Source: an uncultured Alphaproteobacteria bacterium
GTDB lineage: Bacteria; Pseudomonadota; Alphaproteobacteria; Acetobacterales; Acetobacteraceae
Length of the DNA stretch: 64,000 bases
Reading direction: 5' to 3'
NCBI GenBank assembly: GCA_963709085.1
Contig: CAVPVB010000014.1
Location: 13,094-77,093 of the forward strand
In this document: positions 21,298 through 32,118 of the stretch, piece by piece
Numbering within the stretch: position 1 is the stretch's first letter
How the letters are laid out: each line of letters begins with the position of its first letter
Notes under the pieces: generated by a model
The model's database searches: none
The model's input: the letters and a program-made list of their open reading frames with translations, nothing else
What the model was told of the DNA's origin: nothing
Program-made: the position numbers and the translations under genes

Positions 21298-22532
21298 TGC
21301 CCTGCGTCGCTCATAATGCTGGGTAGAGCCTCTTCAGTTTCACCCGGGCATCGGCCGTGGTGAATTGCCAATCGGCTTTGGTGTGGTGTCGGTTGCGGCG
21401 GGCCTGCCAGGCGGCGACTTCGTCCATCAGGGTCTGCTTGTCGGGGATGCGGCGATCGAGACACTGCGACGCCAGGACGCCGAGTTCGGACTCGGCCATG
21501 TCCAGCCAGCTGCCGTGCTTGGGGGTGTAGTGCCATTCGAAGCGCTCGACGAGCCGACGCGCCTCGGCGGCCGGAAAGGCTTCGTAGAGCGACGCCGCCT
21601 TGTGGGTGTTGAGGTTGTCCTGCACGAGGACGATCTTCTCGGCGTGAGGAAAGTGCGTGTCGGACAATTCCTTGAGGACCTGCGCATAATCCACGGCGGC
21701 GTGGCGATCGGTCACCTTGACGTGCCGCCAGCCTTCCAGCGGTGCGAACATCATGAACAGGTTGGCGGTGCCGTTGCGTTCATACTCGTAGTCGTAGCGG
21801 GCAACCTGCCCTGGCTTCGCCGCGATCGGCACACGCGTTTCGGAAATCAACTGCTTTGCGGTCTCGTCCAGGCAGACCACGGGGCGGGTTGGGTTGTGCG
21901 GCCTTTGATAAACTTCCAGCACATCCTCCATGCTGGCTACGAAGGCGGCGTTGGCGTCCGGCGGGATGACCCATTGCTGTCGCAGGTGGGGCTTGAGCGT
22001 GTTTTTTTTAGCGTCCGCCCGATCGTGTTGTCGCTGGCCCGCTCAACGATGTTCAGCTCCACGACGGTCTCTTCCAGAAGCCGTAGCGTCCATTTCGCGC
22101 GTCCCGCTGGGGGCGCCGAACAGGCCAGGGCAACCAGCTTCGCCTCGGCTTCTCCATCAAAGATGCGTTTTCTGGCGGAGGCTGGCGAATGCTTGCAGGT
22201 CAGCACAGCATCGACGCCCTCTTCCACCAGCCGCTGGCGCGCCCGAGCAACTGTGTCGACGCTGGTCTCCAGGGCTGCGGCAATTTGGCTGTCACTCCAG
22301 GCTTCGCCGGCGTCCGACGCATCCGCCTTCAGCAGAATGCGCGCTTTCAGCTGCTGCCGCGCCGGGTGTTTGCCCTTGGTGATCAGCGCGGTCAGCCGGC
22401 CCCGCTCCTCATCGCTGAGCTTCACCACGTATTTTTTTACCGCGATCTCTTTGGCAGCCACAAATCGTCTCCGCTGGTCCTATGCGGAACGATCGAGTCA
22501 GACATCCACCGCAGAGTCAAGGACGCCGGGCA
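21298..22532 (-). mobile_element. IS630-family element, two ORFs (21937-22461, 21311-21931) probably joined by programmed frameshift
   Basis: CTAG on both flanks; ends TGCCCTGCGTC / TGCCCGGCGTC; A8 run at the ORF junction; CLDETAKQ, VQDNLNTH, TPKHGSWLDMAE. Confidence 0.92.
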
Positions 22533-23668
22533 CTAGCAGCGCGCGACGCATTCCTCGCCGTCCCACACCCAGACCCGCCGGAGCGCGATATCGACCCGCA
22601 ACGGGCCGCGCGTGCTGTCACGCAAGGCGCAACGCTTCCAGTCGTGCGGCCGAAACTTCCTGGCCAGGCGCTCCACCGTGACAGGCTTGGTTGTTGCCCG
22701 CCGCCGCGTTGGCAAACGCCCGCAGCGCGACCTCGGCTTGGGTACGTGCAATCCGGGAGGCCTGGTCCAGACCCGCTGGGTGGAATGGATGTCGGCTGCG
22801 AACACGTCCTTGGCATCATCCAGCGCCCGGAGAAACCAGGGTTCCTTGCCATAGCCGGCATCGACGCCCACCCACCCGAACCGCATGCCGCGCACACGCG
22901 CATCGCGCACGATCGCAAGCGCATGCTCGCTTTTCGATGTCAGCTTGCGCGCTTCTGCCGGCACCCCGGCCTGATCGCAGCGCGCCGGATCGTCGATCCA
23001 GCGCTTCGGCAGGTAGAGCCGCTCGTCAACCAACGCGTGCTGCTCGCCGTCGGTGAGCACAGCGAACACCGCCACCTGGCAGTTGTCGACCTTGCCCAGC
23101 CGCCCCGACCATTGGCGAGCGACACCAACCGAGCGGTCTCCCTGTTTGGCGAAGCTGCTCTCGTCTATAATGAGGCAACTGGTCGGCTTGCCGCCGAGCA
23201 AGCGGTCGGCGTCCCGGCCGATCTGCGCCACCACCGGCTCGTGCCGCCACGGCGAGGTGCTTATAAAGTGCTGGAACTGCTGCGCGCAGCCCTGCTCAAC
23301 CACGGTGGCCATGGACGCGAACGTGGCTTCCGCCGCTTGCGCCAGCCCATGCAGGTAGCGCCTGGCCACCGGAGCGTTGTCGCGTCCACGGGTACGGAAG
23401 AACGAGCCGTAGCAGTCGACCATGGCCGCGAACGCGTCGGCAATGCCTTCGACCAGTGATACGGTCGGGGATCATCCGTACGTACATACGGTAACGCGAC
23501 GAACTGACTGCCCCATTTCGCCCTCCCAGCCACGCGGTGTCGGTGGAGTCCCATTGATTCGACACCGGATTCCATCGTCAAGGAAAAATGTGAGCCGAAC
23601 TCCCGCCGACGGGTCGGCCGCCGCATCAGCCGGCTGCGACGCCCATCGGGGAATGTGATTTTGTCAAA
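22533..23668 (-). pseudogene. IS701-family element, left part; transposase 22533-23423 cut at CTAG by IS630
   Basis: IIDESSFAKQGDRSVGVARQWSGRLGKVDNCQVAV, VDAGYG; left IR TTTGACAAAATCAC. Confidence 0.85.
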
Positions 23669-23669
23669 G

Positions 23670-23728
23670 TAGGCCCTCGCTTGGCTCTTTAACCGGGTTT
23701 GCAACTTAACTGAGTTTGCAACAGAACC
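23670..23728 (+). mobile_element. IS6-family right-end remnant
   Basis: CCCTCGC.TGGCTCTTTAACCGGGTTTGCAAC..TTTGCAACAGAACC matches the right end of the IS6 at 31725-31762. Confidence 0.7.
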
Positions 23729-23816
23729 GTATTCCGCTCCGCCACCCCGGCCGGGCTGGACAGCCCACAGAAACTCGCCGCCTGATCCTGCGGGTTTCGA
23801 TCCCAGCCTGTGCGGT

Positions 23817-24740
23817 CTACGTGCGTCCGGCGCTTGGCCGCCGGCGCACCGCGATGACACGCATCATCTCCCGGGCACGCCACAGTTGCAGGCGGACCAG
23901 CACGGCAATGGCACCTGTCCGCGCCCTCATCCCTTGCAGGCGCCCAGACCGCGCGACCTTCAGGGCATGTGGCAGAATCGAAAGCGGCATCACGAGAGCC
24001 TTGAGTGCGAACGTAAGGGTGCCGAACCGACGCTCCCGGATAAGTTCGTAATCCTCAGCGATCATCCGGGCCCACCGTCGCTGCAATTGCCCCCAATCCC
24101 ACCGCGCGGGATGCCCGACCACCGCACGCTCGACATAGCCAAGGCGGTAACCGCGCTCGCGCGCGCGGAATGACCAATCGACATCTTCGGCGACCCCGGC
24201 GCGAAACCCTCCGACGTGGTCGAACACGTCCCGAGTCACAAACATGTTACCGCTGCCGGTAAAGCCGACCCGCTCGATGTAGCGCTTGAAGTCGAAGTTG
24301 AAGACCATTTCGTAGGCCTCAACGGCATTCGGTCGTCCGTCTTCCCGCGGGAAAACAACGACCTGTCCGCCAACGAAATCGAAGCGACACAAGGCGGCCA
24401 CGCCTTCAGCGATCCAGTCCGGGCACGGCACGCAGTCGCTGTCCACGAACGCAAGCACCGCGCCACGGCTCGCGGCGACACCCGCGTTGCGGGCCGGCCC
24501 CGCACCGGGCGCTGTCTCCTGCACGACGAGCGCGCGCAGAGCGGCTTCCTGAACCGCCGGCACTCCGCAGCGGGAGTTGTTGTCAGCGACTACGATTTCG
24601 AAACAGTCCGATGGCCACGTCTGCGCGACCAGCCGGTCATGGCATACCCGCAATCCATCTATGTCATTGTAGTGCGGGACAATGACGGATACAAACGGGC
24701 GCTCTGCCGTCGTGCGGCCAGAGAGTTCGGTGTGTTGCAT
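23817..24740 (-). CDS. Glycosyltransferase family 2 (GT-A)
   Basis: VSVIVPHYND, IVVADNNS, GPARNAGV, LAFVDSDC (DxD), GSGNMFV, AEDVDWSFR. Confidence 0.92.
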   Translation of the reverse strand: MQHTELSGRTTAERPFVSVIVPHYNDIDGLRVCHDRLVAQTWPSDCFEIVVADNNSRCGVPAVQEAALRALVVQETAPGAGPARNAGVAASRGAVLAFVDSDCVPCPDWIAEGVAALCRFDFVGGQVVVFPREDGRPNAVEAYEMVFNFDFKRYIERVGFTGSGNMFVTRDVFDHVGGFRAGVAEDVDWSFRARERGYRLGYVERAVVGHPARWDWGQLQRRWARMIAEDYELIRERRFGTLTFALKALVMPLSILPHALKVARSGRLQGMRARTGAIAVLVRLQLWRAREMMRVIAVRRRPSAGRT

Positions 24741-24841
24741 GAGCGAAGCATACTAAAGCGCGCGCCGCAGGCCAACCGAAGACTGGCGGCTCCTCGCCGT
24801 TTGGGATGGCCAGTCATGAGCGGCCTTGCTTGGCCCACTGA

Positions 24842-25803
24842 GGCTACCCACCTACTGGCGTTTCTTGGTTCGGCGGTAAGGAGCCGTTTCTTCGTCCCGG
24901 CCTGACGACCCCCAGGGCGTCCGCGCGCAGCCGCGGTCAAGGATGGCCGCAGGCCACCGCGCGAGCTTGCGCGGCGCGTAGCGTCCTTGACGGTGGCGAG
25001 CACAGCGCCAGGCTGGACCAGGACGGGGCCGGGCGTGGAGGGCCAACCATGCGTGACACATCTCTTCTGCAACAGGCGCTGGGCCTGACCCCGCCCTGGA
25101 CGGTGAGCCGCAGCGACTTCGACCCTGAGGCGCACCGGCTCGATATCCAGATCGACTTTGCTCCCGGCAGCCGCTTTGCCTGCCCGGCCTGCGGCGCCGC
25201 GGACTGTCCGGCCCACGACACCGAGCGGACGAGCTGGCGCCACCTCAATTTCTTCCAGCACCAGGCTTGCCTGAACGCCCGCGTGCCGCGGGTGCGCTGC
25301 GAGCAGTGCGGCATCAAGAAGATCGGCGTGCCGTGGGCACGGCCGGGCAGCGGCTTCACCCTGCTGTTCGAGGCAATGATCATGACCATGGTCCCGGCCA
25401 TGCCGGTCAGGGCGGTGGCCCGGATGGTGGGCGAACACGACACCAGGCTGTGGCGGGTGATCCACCACTATGTGGACAAGGCCAGGGCCGCATCGGACGC
25501 CTCGGGCGTGAGCAGGCTCGCCGTCGATGAGACCGCCGCCCGGCGCGGCCAGGAGTTCATCTCGCTGTTTGTCGACATCGACCAGGCGCGGGTGCTGTTC
25601 GCCACCGAGGGCAAGGACGCTGCGAGCGTCGCGGCCTTTGCCGAGGATCTCACCGCGCATGGTGGCGACCCGGCGGCGATCGCCGAGGTCTGCATCGACA
25701 TGAGCGCCGCCTTCATCAAGGGCATCGGCGAGAACCTGCCCAAAGCAGCCATCACCTTCGACAAGTTCCATGCGGTCAAGATCATCAACGACGCGGTCGA
25801 TAA
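24842..25803 (+). pseudogene. ISL3-family element, transposase from 25049 truncated by IS701
   Basis: CPAC..AHDTERTSWRHLNFFQ..SGFTLLFEA..VDETAARRGQ..CIDMS..FDKFHAVK; left boundary approximate. Confidence 0.85.
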
Positions 25804-27404
25804 TTTGACAAAATCACATTCCCCGATGGGCGTCGCAGCCGGCTGATGCGGCGGCCGACCCGTCGGCGGGAGTTCGGCTCACATTTTTCCTTGACGATGG
25901 AATCCGGTGTCGAATCAATGGGACTCCACCGACACCGCGTGGCTGGGAGGGCGAAATGGGGCAGTCAGTTCGTCGCGTTACCGTATGTACGTACGGATGA
26001 TCCCCGACCGTATCACTGGTCGAAGGCATTGCCGACGCGTTCGCGGCCATGGTCGACCGCTACGGCTCGTTCTTCCGTACCCGTGGACGCGACAACGCTC
26101 CGGTGGCCAGGCGCTACCTGCATGGGCTGGCGCAAGCGGCGGAAGCCACGTTCGCGTCCATGGCCACCGTGGTTGAGCAGGGCTGCGCGCAGCAGTTCCA
26201 GCACTTTATAAGCACCTCGCCGTGGCGGCACGAGCCGGTGGTGGCGCAGATCGGCCGGGACGCCGACCGCTTGCTCGGCGGCAAGCCGACCAGTTGCCTC
26301 ATTATAGACGAGAGCAGCTTCGCCAAACAGGGAGACCGCTCGGTTGGTGTCGCTCGCCAATGGTCGGGGCGGCTGGGCAAGGTCGACAACTGCCAGGTGG
26401 CGGTGTTCGCTGTGCTCACCGACGGCGAGCAGCACGCGTTGGTTGACGAGCGGCTCTACCTGCCGAAGCGCTGGATCGACGATCCGGCGCGCTGCGATCA
26501 GGCCGGGGTGCCGGCAGAAGCGCGCAAGCTGACATCGAAAAGCGAGCATGCGCTTGCGATCGTGCGCGATGCGCGTGTGCGCGGCATGCGGTTCGGGTGG
26601 GTGGGCGTCGATGCCGGCTATGGCAAGGAACCCTGGTTTCTCCGGGCGCTGGATGATGCCAAGGACGTGTTCGCAGCCGACATCCATTCCACCCAGCGGG
26701 TCTGGACCAGGCCTCCCGGATTGCACGTACCCAAGCCGAGGTCGCGCTGCGGGCGTTTGCCAACGCGGCGGCGGGCAACAACCAAGCCTGTCACGGTGGA
26801 GCGCCTGGCCAGGAAGTTTCGGCCGCACGACTGGAAGCGTTGCGCCTTGCGTGACAGCACGCGCGGCCCGTTGCGGGTCGATATCGCGCTCCGGCGGGTC
26901 TGGGTGTGGGACGGCGAGGAATGCGTCGCGCGCTGCTAGCACCTGATCGTCCGGCGCGAGGTGGCATCGCGCAAGACCATCAAATACACTCTGTCCAAAA
27001 CTCCGGCCGAGACGCCCCTGCTGCGTCTCGCGCAGATCCAGGGGCAGCGCTATTGGGTCGAGCGCGTCTTCGAAGATGCCAAGGGCGAGTGCGGTCTCGC
27101 CGATTGTCAAGCGCTGGGCTGGAGGGCGTGGCACCACCACGTCACCATGGTGATGCTGGCGATGCTGTTCATCGCCGGGCAGCGCGGCGCATCAGCCTGG
27201 CCTGGACCTGCTTTCGCCGCGCGACATTGTCGAGATGCTGAAAGAGAGCCTGCCGCGCAAGCCCGAAGGAAAGGAGGCGCTGGTCGCCCGAATCAACCAG
27301 CGACATCAACGTCGGCGCAGCGCCATCGCATCTCGCTTCCGCACGCAGCAGAACGCCGAGCCAACGTGACCAGCAGATGTGCCGGCAAGTGTGACTCTGT
27401 CAAA
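25804..27404 (+). mobile_element. IS701-family element, full length; transposase has an in-frame TAG at 26937-26939 and a later frameshift
   Basis: IRs TTTGACAAAATCAC / GTGACTCTGTCAAA; frame continues after TAG as HLIVRRE..RYWVERVFEDAKGECGL. Confidence 0.85.
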
Positions 27405-27408
27405 TTAA

Positions 27409-29479
27409 GGTTCTGTTGCAAAGTTGGCGATAGGTTCCCGCGTGGGTATGATCGGCCCCGAGGAAGAGGGCAAGGACGCAGGAGTGCAGGGGAATCGCAC
27501 TTGGAATTTCCTTGACAGCGCGACGGCGGCTTGCGCGGGGCGGGGCGATGGATTCTACCGGAGGGCGCGCGAAACCTGCGGTGGGAGGACGCCTTGGATC
27601 AGTTTGCCGGCTGCTGGGAGGGTCTGGAAGACCCACGAACCGGGAATGCCGGGCTGCATGACTTCCATGAGTTGCTGATGATTGCGCTGTGTACAGTGTT
27701 ATGTGGCGGCCAGGGTGCGGTGGACATGGCTCGGTTTGCGGAAGCGAAAGAGCCGTTCCTGCGCGGCTTTCTCAAGCTGGAGAAGGGCATTCCAAGTCAC
27801 GACACTTTCAGCCGCCTGTTCCGCCTGCTCGACCCGGCGCAGTTTGGCGCGGCGTTTCAGCGGTTCATGGCGCAGTTTTCGAGTACGGTTCAGGGCGTTG
27901 TAGCGATCGATGGCAAGGTTCTGCGTCGCTCCTTCGATCGCGCCAGCGGCAAGTCACCGCTGCACATGGTCAGTGCCTGGGGATGCGAGCAGCGCCTGGT
28001 GCTGGCGCAGATCGCCACCGACGCCAAATCAAATGAGATCACCGCGGTGCCGAAGTTGCTGGAGATGCTGTCACTGAAAGGCACGATCGTGACCGCCGAC
28101 GCGCTCAACTGCCAGCGGGCGATTGCTCAGCAGATCGTCGATCAGGGCGGCGACTATGCCCTGGCGCTGAAGGGCAATCAGGGCACGCTGCATGATGACG
28201 TCAGCACGTTCCTCAATGACCCGGCCAGCAAACCGGCGACGAGCGCGCAAAACGTGGACGCCGATCACGGCCGCATCGAGACCCGCACGGCCACGGTCTC
28301 GACCGATATCGACTGGTTGCAGCGGGATCATCACTGGCCCGGCCTGGCGGCCATCGGCAAGGTTGTCCGTATCCGTGAAACCGCGAGCAAGACCACCACC
28401 GAGACCGCCTACTACCTTCTCAGCACAGCGCTATCCGCGACACGCTTCAACGAGGTCGTCCGCGAGCACTGGGGTGTCGAAAACCGGCTGCACTGGCGGC
28501 TGGATGTGGTGATGAACGAGGATCAGGACCGGACCAGACTGGGCAACGGGCCACACAATCTTGCGGTCCTGCGACACATGGCCCTGAACGTCATGCAGAA
28601 GGACGGCTCCAAGGGCTCTCTGCGCGGCAAGTTCCAACGGGCCGGTTGGAACGATGCCTATCTCTCCAAACTCCTCGGATCCTTCTGAAATGCGATTGCC
28701 CTGCGCAGGAGTGGCGGAGCTCAAGGGGCGGCATTTTCCCGGGGAGGTGATCCTGTGGGCGGTCCGCTGGTATCTGATGTTCCCGGTGAGTTACCGCGAC
28801 CTCGAACTGATGCTGGCGGATCGGGGCGTGAAGGTCGACCACACGACCATCTTCCGCTGGATCCAGGCCTGCGCCGCCGCGTTGGAGAAGCGGCTGCGAG
28901 CGCAACTGCGCACATGCAATGGCTCGTGGCGGGCCGATGAGACCTCCATCAAGACCAAGGGCCGCTGGACCTGCCTGTATCGAGCGGTCGACGGCCGCGG
29001 CCGGACCATCGACTGCCTGCTCTCGGCCAGGCGGGATGCCGCGGCGGCGAAGCAGTTCTTCCGCAAGGCGCTCGGCCGGCCGCACACGATGAACCCGCGC
29101 ACGATCGCCGTCGACAGGAACGCCGCCTGTCCGAAGGCCGGTGCCGAGATGACGGGCGCCGGCGAACTGTGGCGGCGGTCCCGGCTGCGGCAATGCCAGT
29201 ACCTGAACACCATAACGGAACGGGACCATCGGCGGATCGAACGCTTGACCGGGCCGGGGCTCGGCTTTAGCAGCTTCCGAACCGCCCGACGGACCTTGGC
29301 TGGCGACGAGGCGATGGCGATGGCGATGGCGATGATGAGGAAGGGACAGGTTCGCAAGATCGGCAGCTGCGACATGAAGGCCCAGCCAGTCTTCGTGGCT
29401 GAACTGTTCCAGCTCGCCGCCTGACCAAAGCCCGCCGTAAGCCCTCGCTCGGCTCTTTAACCGGGTTTGCAACAGGACC
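27409..29479 (+). mobile_element. IS6-family element with ISAs1 inserted at the start codon; transposase 28711-29424
   Basis: IRs GGTTCTGTTGCAAA / TTTGCAACAGGACC; KGRHFPGEVILWAVRWY, WRADET; the TSD recreates the AGGA-GTG start. Confidence 0.9.
27487..28703 (+). mobile_element. ISAs1-family element (type 1); transposase ~27594-28688
   Basis: IRs CAGGGGAATCGCA / TGCGATTGCCCTG; 10-bp TSD CGCAGGAGTG; IPSHDTF, AIDGK, KSNEITA, TADALNCQ, HWGVENRLHW. Confidence 0.95.
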
Positions 29480-29681
29480 GGCAAGACCGTCGGAGCTATG
29501 CCAATGAAATTGAACGTCCGCCTGACTCCAGGGTCTTCCGACGGTTGTTTGAGCCGGTCATGACGATCGCTGTCCTCTCACCGACCAGCCTGCGTGCGGG
29601 CCGAACGGCCACCTACCGCCTCCGGCCAAGACGCTCAGCCGACGCGGGCCTGGACGGTGCTATCCCACCGTCGGCCGCCAC

Positions 29682-30917
29682 ATGACCATGGGAGGCCTAT
29701 TGGCTTCGCCGCCACGCTACATGTCCTCCCTGGCGAGTGGCCGCGACAACAATTTCAATTTGCTACGGATGCTCGCGGCAAGCGCTGTCCTGGTGTCGCA
29801 TGCATACCCGATTGCCTTGGGGATGGGGGCCTTGGAACCTCTGTCATCGTTGCTGGGCATCACTCTTGGATGGTTGTCGGTCTTCACGTTCTTCGCGATC
29901 TCCGGGTTTTTTATTTCGAAAAGCTTTGATGTCAAGGGCAGGCTCATCGAGTTTTGGGTTGCGCGCTGTCTGAGGATATACCCAGGGTTGCTTGGCGTTC
30001 TATTGTTAACCGTCTTGCTGGTGGGTCCGAATTTTACCGAGCTGAGCTTGCAGGCATATTTTTCCAACGGGGCGACATGGACATATTCGTTCAAGAACTG
30101 TACACTGAAGTGGCTACAATACGACTTGCCGGGCGTGTTCCGCGACAACCCGTACCCTGCGGCCATTAACGGGTCATTGTGGACCCTATTTTATGAAGTG
30201 ATGTGCTACGGCATGGTGGCCGTGGTGGGCGTAAGTGGACTGGCGCGGCGAACGTGGTGCTTCGTCATGTTCCTGGGGGTCTATTCGGCGGGCTATCTGG
30301 CCGTGAAGATCGTTGGCGTTCACCAGGCAGGCTTTGTTGACTATTTTCATCAGCTGACGCTGCCGTTTGTCATCGGGATGGCGTTCTATCAGTTTCGCCG
30401 TTTGCTGCCACTGAACCTGATCCTGTGTTGCTTTGGGGGCAGCGTAACCGCGCTGGCATACGGCGCCCCGTGGTTTCGGGAAGTGTTCTTAATGTTTTGG
30501 TCTTACATGATATTTTATTGTGGTAGTATTTCGTGCCGACTGCTCAGGTTGTATAACAAGATCGGCGACTATTCTTACGGCGTGTACATATATGCCTTCC
30601 CTTGCGAGCAGATTTGCGTAGCGATCTGGCCAGGAATTACGCCCATTGGCCTGATGGCTGTGTCGTTTCCGGTCACCTTGGCGTGTGCAGTGCTGTCCTG
30701 GCATATCCTCGAGCAGCGCGCGTTGGCATACCAAATCGCTGTAGCGAAGTGGCTGCGACCTCAGCTCGACTTTTCGCCGGTGATTTTGCGGGCGCATCAG
30801 ATCAGCGCCCAGAAGATGTCGTCGTGGGCGATGAAGCGGAGGGCGTCTTCGAGGGGCAGGACGGCGCGGCCGAACGGGCCGGTGGGCGACCAGCCCCCCT
30901 TCCCGAGTGACCAGTAG
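29682..30917 (+). CDS. Acyltransferase family 3 (OafA/NodX-like polysaccharide O-acyltransferase); 3' end probably fused to foreign sequence
   Basis: NNFNLLRMLAASAVLVSHAY, FFAISGF, RCLRIYPG, NGSLWTLFYE, GDYSYGVYIYAFP, SWHILEQR; many TM segments. Start could be 29721. Confidence 0.9.
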   Translation: MTMGGLLASPPRYMSSLASGRDNNFNLLRMLAASAVLVSHAYPIALGMGALEPLSSLLGITLGWLSVFTFFAISGFFISKSFDVKGRLIEFWVARCLRIYPGLLGVLLLTVLLVGPNFTELSLQAYFSNGATWTYSFKNCTLKWLQYDLPGVFRDNPYPAAINGSLWTLFYEVMCYGMVAVVGVSGLARRTWCFVMFLGVYSAGYLAVKIVGVHQAGFVDYFHQLTLPFVIGMAFYQFRRLLPLNLILCCFGGSVTALAYGAPWFREVFLMFWSYMIFYCGSISCRLLRLYNKIGDYSYGVYIYAFPCEQICVAIWPGITPIGLMAVSFPVTLACAVLSWHILEQRALAYQIAVAKWLRPQLDFSPVILRAHQISAQKMSSWAMKRRASSRGRTARPNGPVGDQPPFPSDQ

Positions 30918-30918
30918 G

Positions 30919-31762
30919 GGTTCTGTTGCAAAGTTGGCGATAGGTTCCCGCGTGGGTATGATCGGCCCCGAGGAAGAGGGCAAGGACGCAGGAGTGGCGG
31001 AGCTCAAGGGGCGGCATTTTCCCGGGGAGGTGATCCTGTGGGCGGTCCGCTGGTATCTGATGTTCCCGGTGAGTTACCGCGACCTCGAACTGATGCTGGC
31101 GGATCGGGGCGTGAAGGTCGACCACACGACCATCTTCCGCTGGATCCAGGCCTGCGCCGCCGCGTTGGAGAAGCGGCTGCGAGCGCAACTGCGCACATGC
31201 AATGGCTCGTGGCGGGCCGATGAGACCTCCATCAAGACCAAGGGCCGCTGGACCTGCCTGTATCGAGCGGTCGACGGCCGCGGCCGGACCATCGACTGCC
31301 TGCTCTCGGCCAGGCGGGATGCCGCGGCGGCGAAGCAGTTCTTCCGCAAGGCGCTCGGCCGGCCGCACACGATGAACCCGCGCACGATCGCCGTCGACAG
31401 GAACGCCGCCTGTCCGAAGGCCGGTGCCGAGATGACGGGCGCCGGCGAACTGTGGCGGCGGTCCCGGCTGCGGCAATGCCAGTACCTGAACACCATAACG
31501 GAACGGGACCATCGGCGGATCGAACGCTTGACCGGGCCGGGGCTCGGCTTTAGCAGCTTCCGAACCGCCCGACGGATCTTGGCTGGCGACGAGGCGATGG
31601 CGATGGCGATGGCGATGATGAGGAAGGGACAGGTTCGCAAGATCGGCAGCTGCGACATGAAGGCCCAGCCAGTCTTCGTGGCTGAACTGTTCCAGCTCGC
31701 CGCCTGACCAAAGCCCGCCGTAAGCCCTCGCTCGGCTCTTTAACCGGGTTTGCAACAGAACC
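30919..31762 (+). mobile_element. IS6-family element, intact copy; transposase 30994-31707
   Basis: IRs GGTTCTGTTGCAAA / TTTGCAACAGAACC; near-identical to the copy at 27409. Confidence 0.92.
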
Positions 31763-31870
31763 CTATGGCACGTTGCATGCGTCCGCCTTCGCCCCATCAA
31801 CCAGACGTTAGCCTGTCACGAACTCGGTTCAACAAGTACGGAAAGACAACTGTGGATCAGGAGTTAAGTC

Positions 31871-32117
31871 ATGACGATTCGGGACAAAGTTCTCGCGGTC
31901 ATCGAACAGGTTGCTTCCGAGCAGGATAAGAAGCTTCCACCGCTCGACGACAAGCTTCGTCTGATCGAGTCTCGGACTGGATTCGCTCGCGCTGGCCGTG
32001 GTGGTCGCACGCCTCGAGGATCAGTTGGAAACAGACCCGTTTGACACTGTCGCTGAGGTTGCCCTTCCGGTCACGCTGGGCGATTTCATCGCGCTTTACG
32101 AGCGCGCCCTCGCGTAA
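31871..32117 (+). pseudogene. Acyl carrier protein with a +1 frameshift (absent from the ORF track)
   Basis: MTIRDKVLAVIEQVASEQDKKLPPLDDKLRLIES / GLDSLALAVVVARLEDQL..FPVTL-like tail ..YERALA*; one extra base at ~31972 just before the GLDSL phosphopantetheine motif; GGAG RBS. Confidence 0.8.
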
Positions 32118-32118
32118 C

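Noticed and set aside
24930-25000. GTCAAGGA..TCCTTGAC hairpin as an independent ncRNA or MITE
   Set aside because: Lies in the ISL3 5' leader with no TSD; most simply part of that element.
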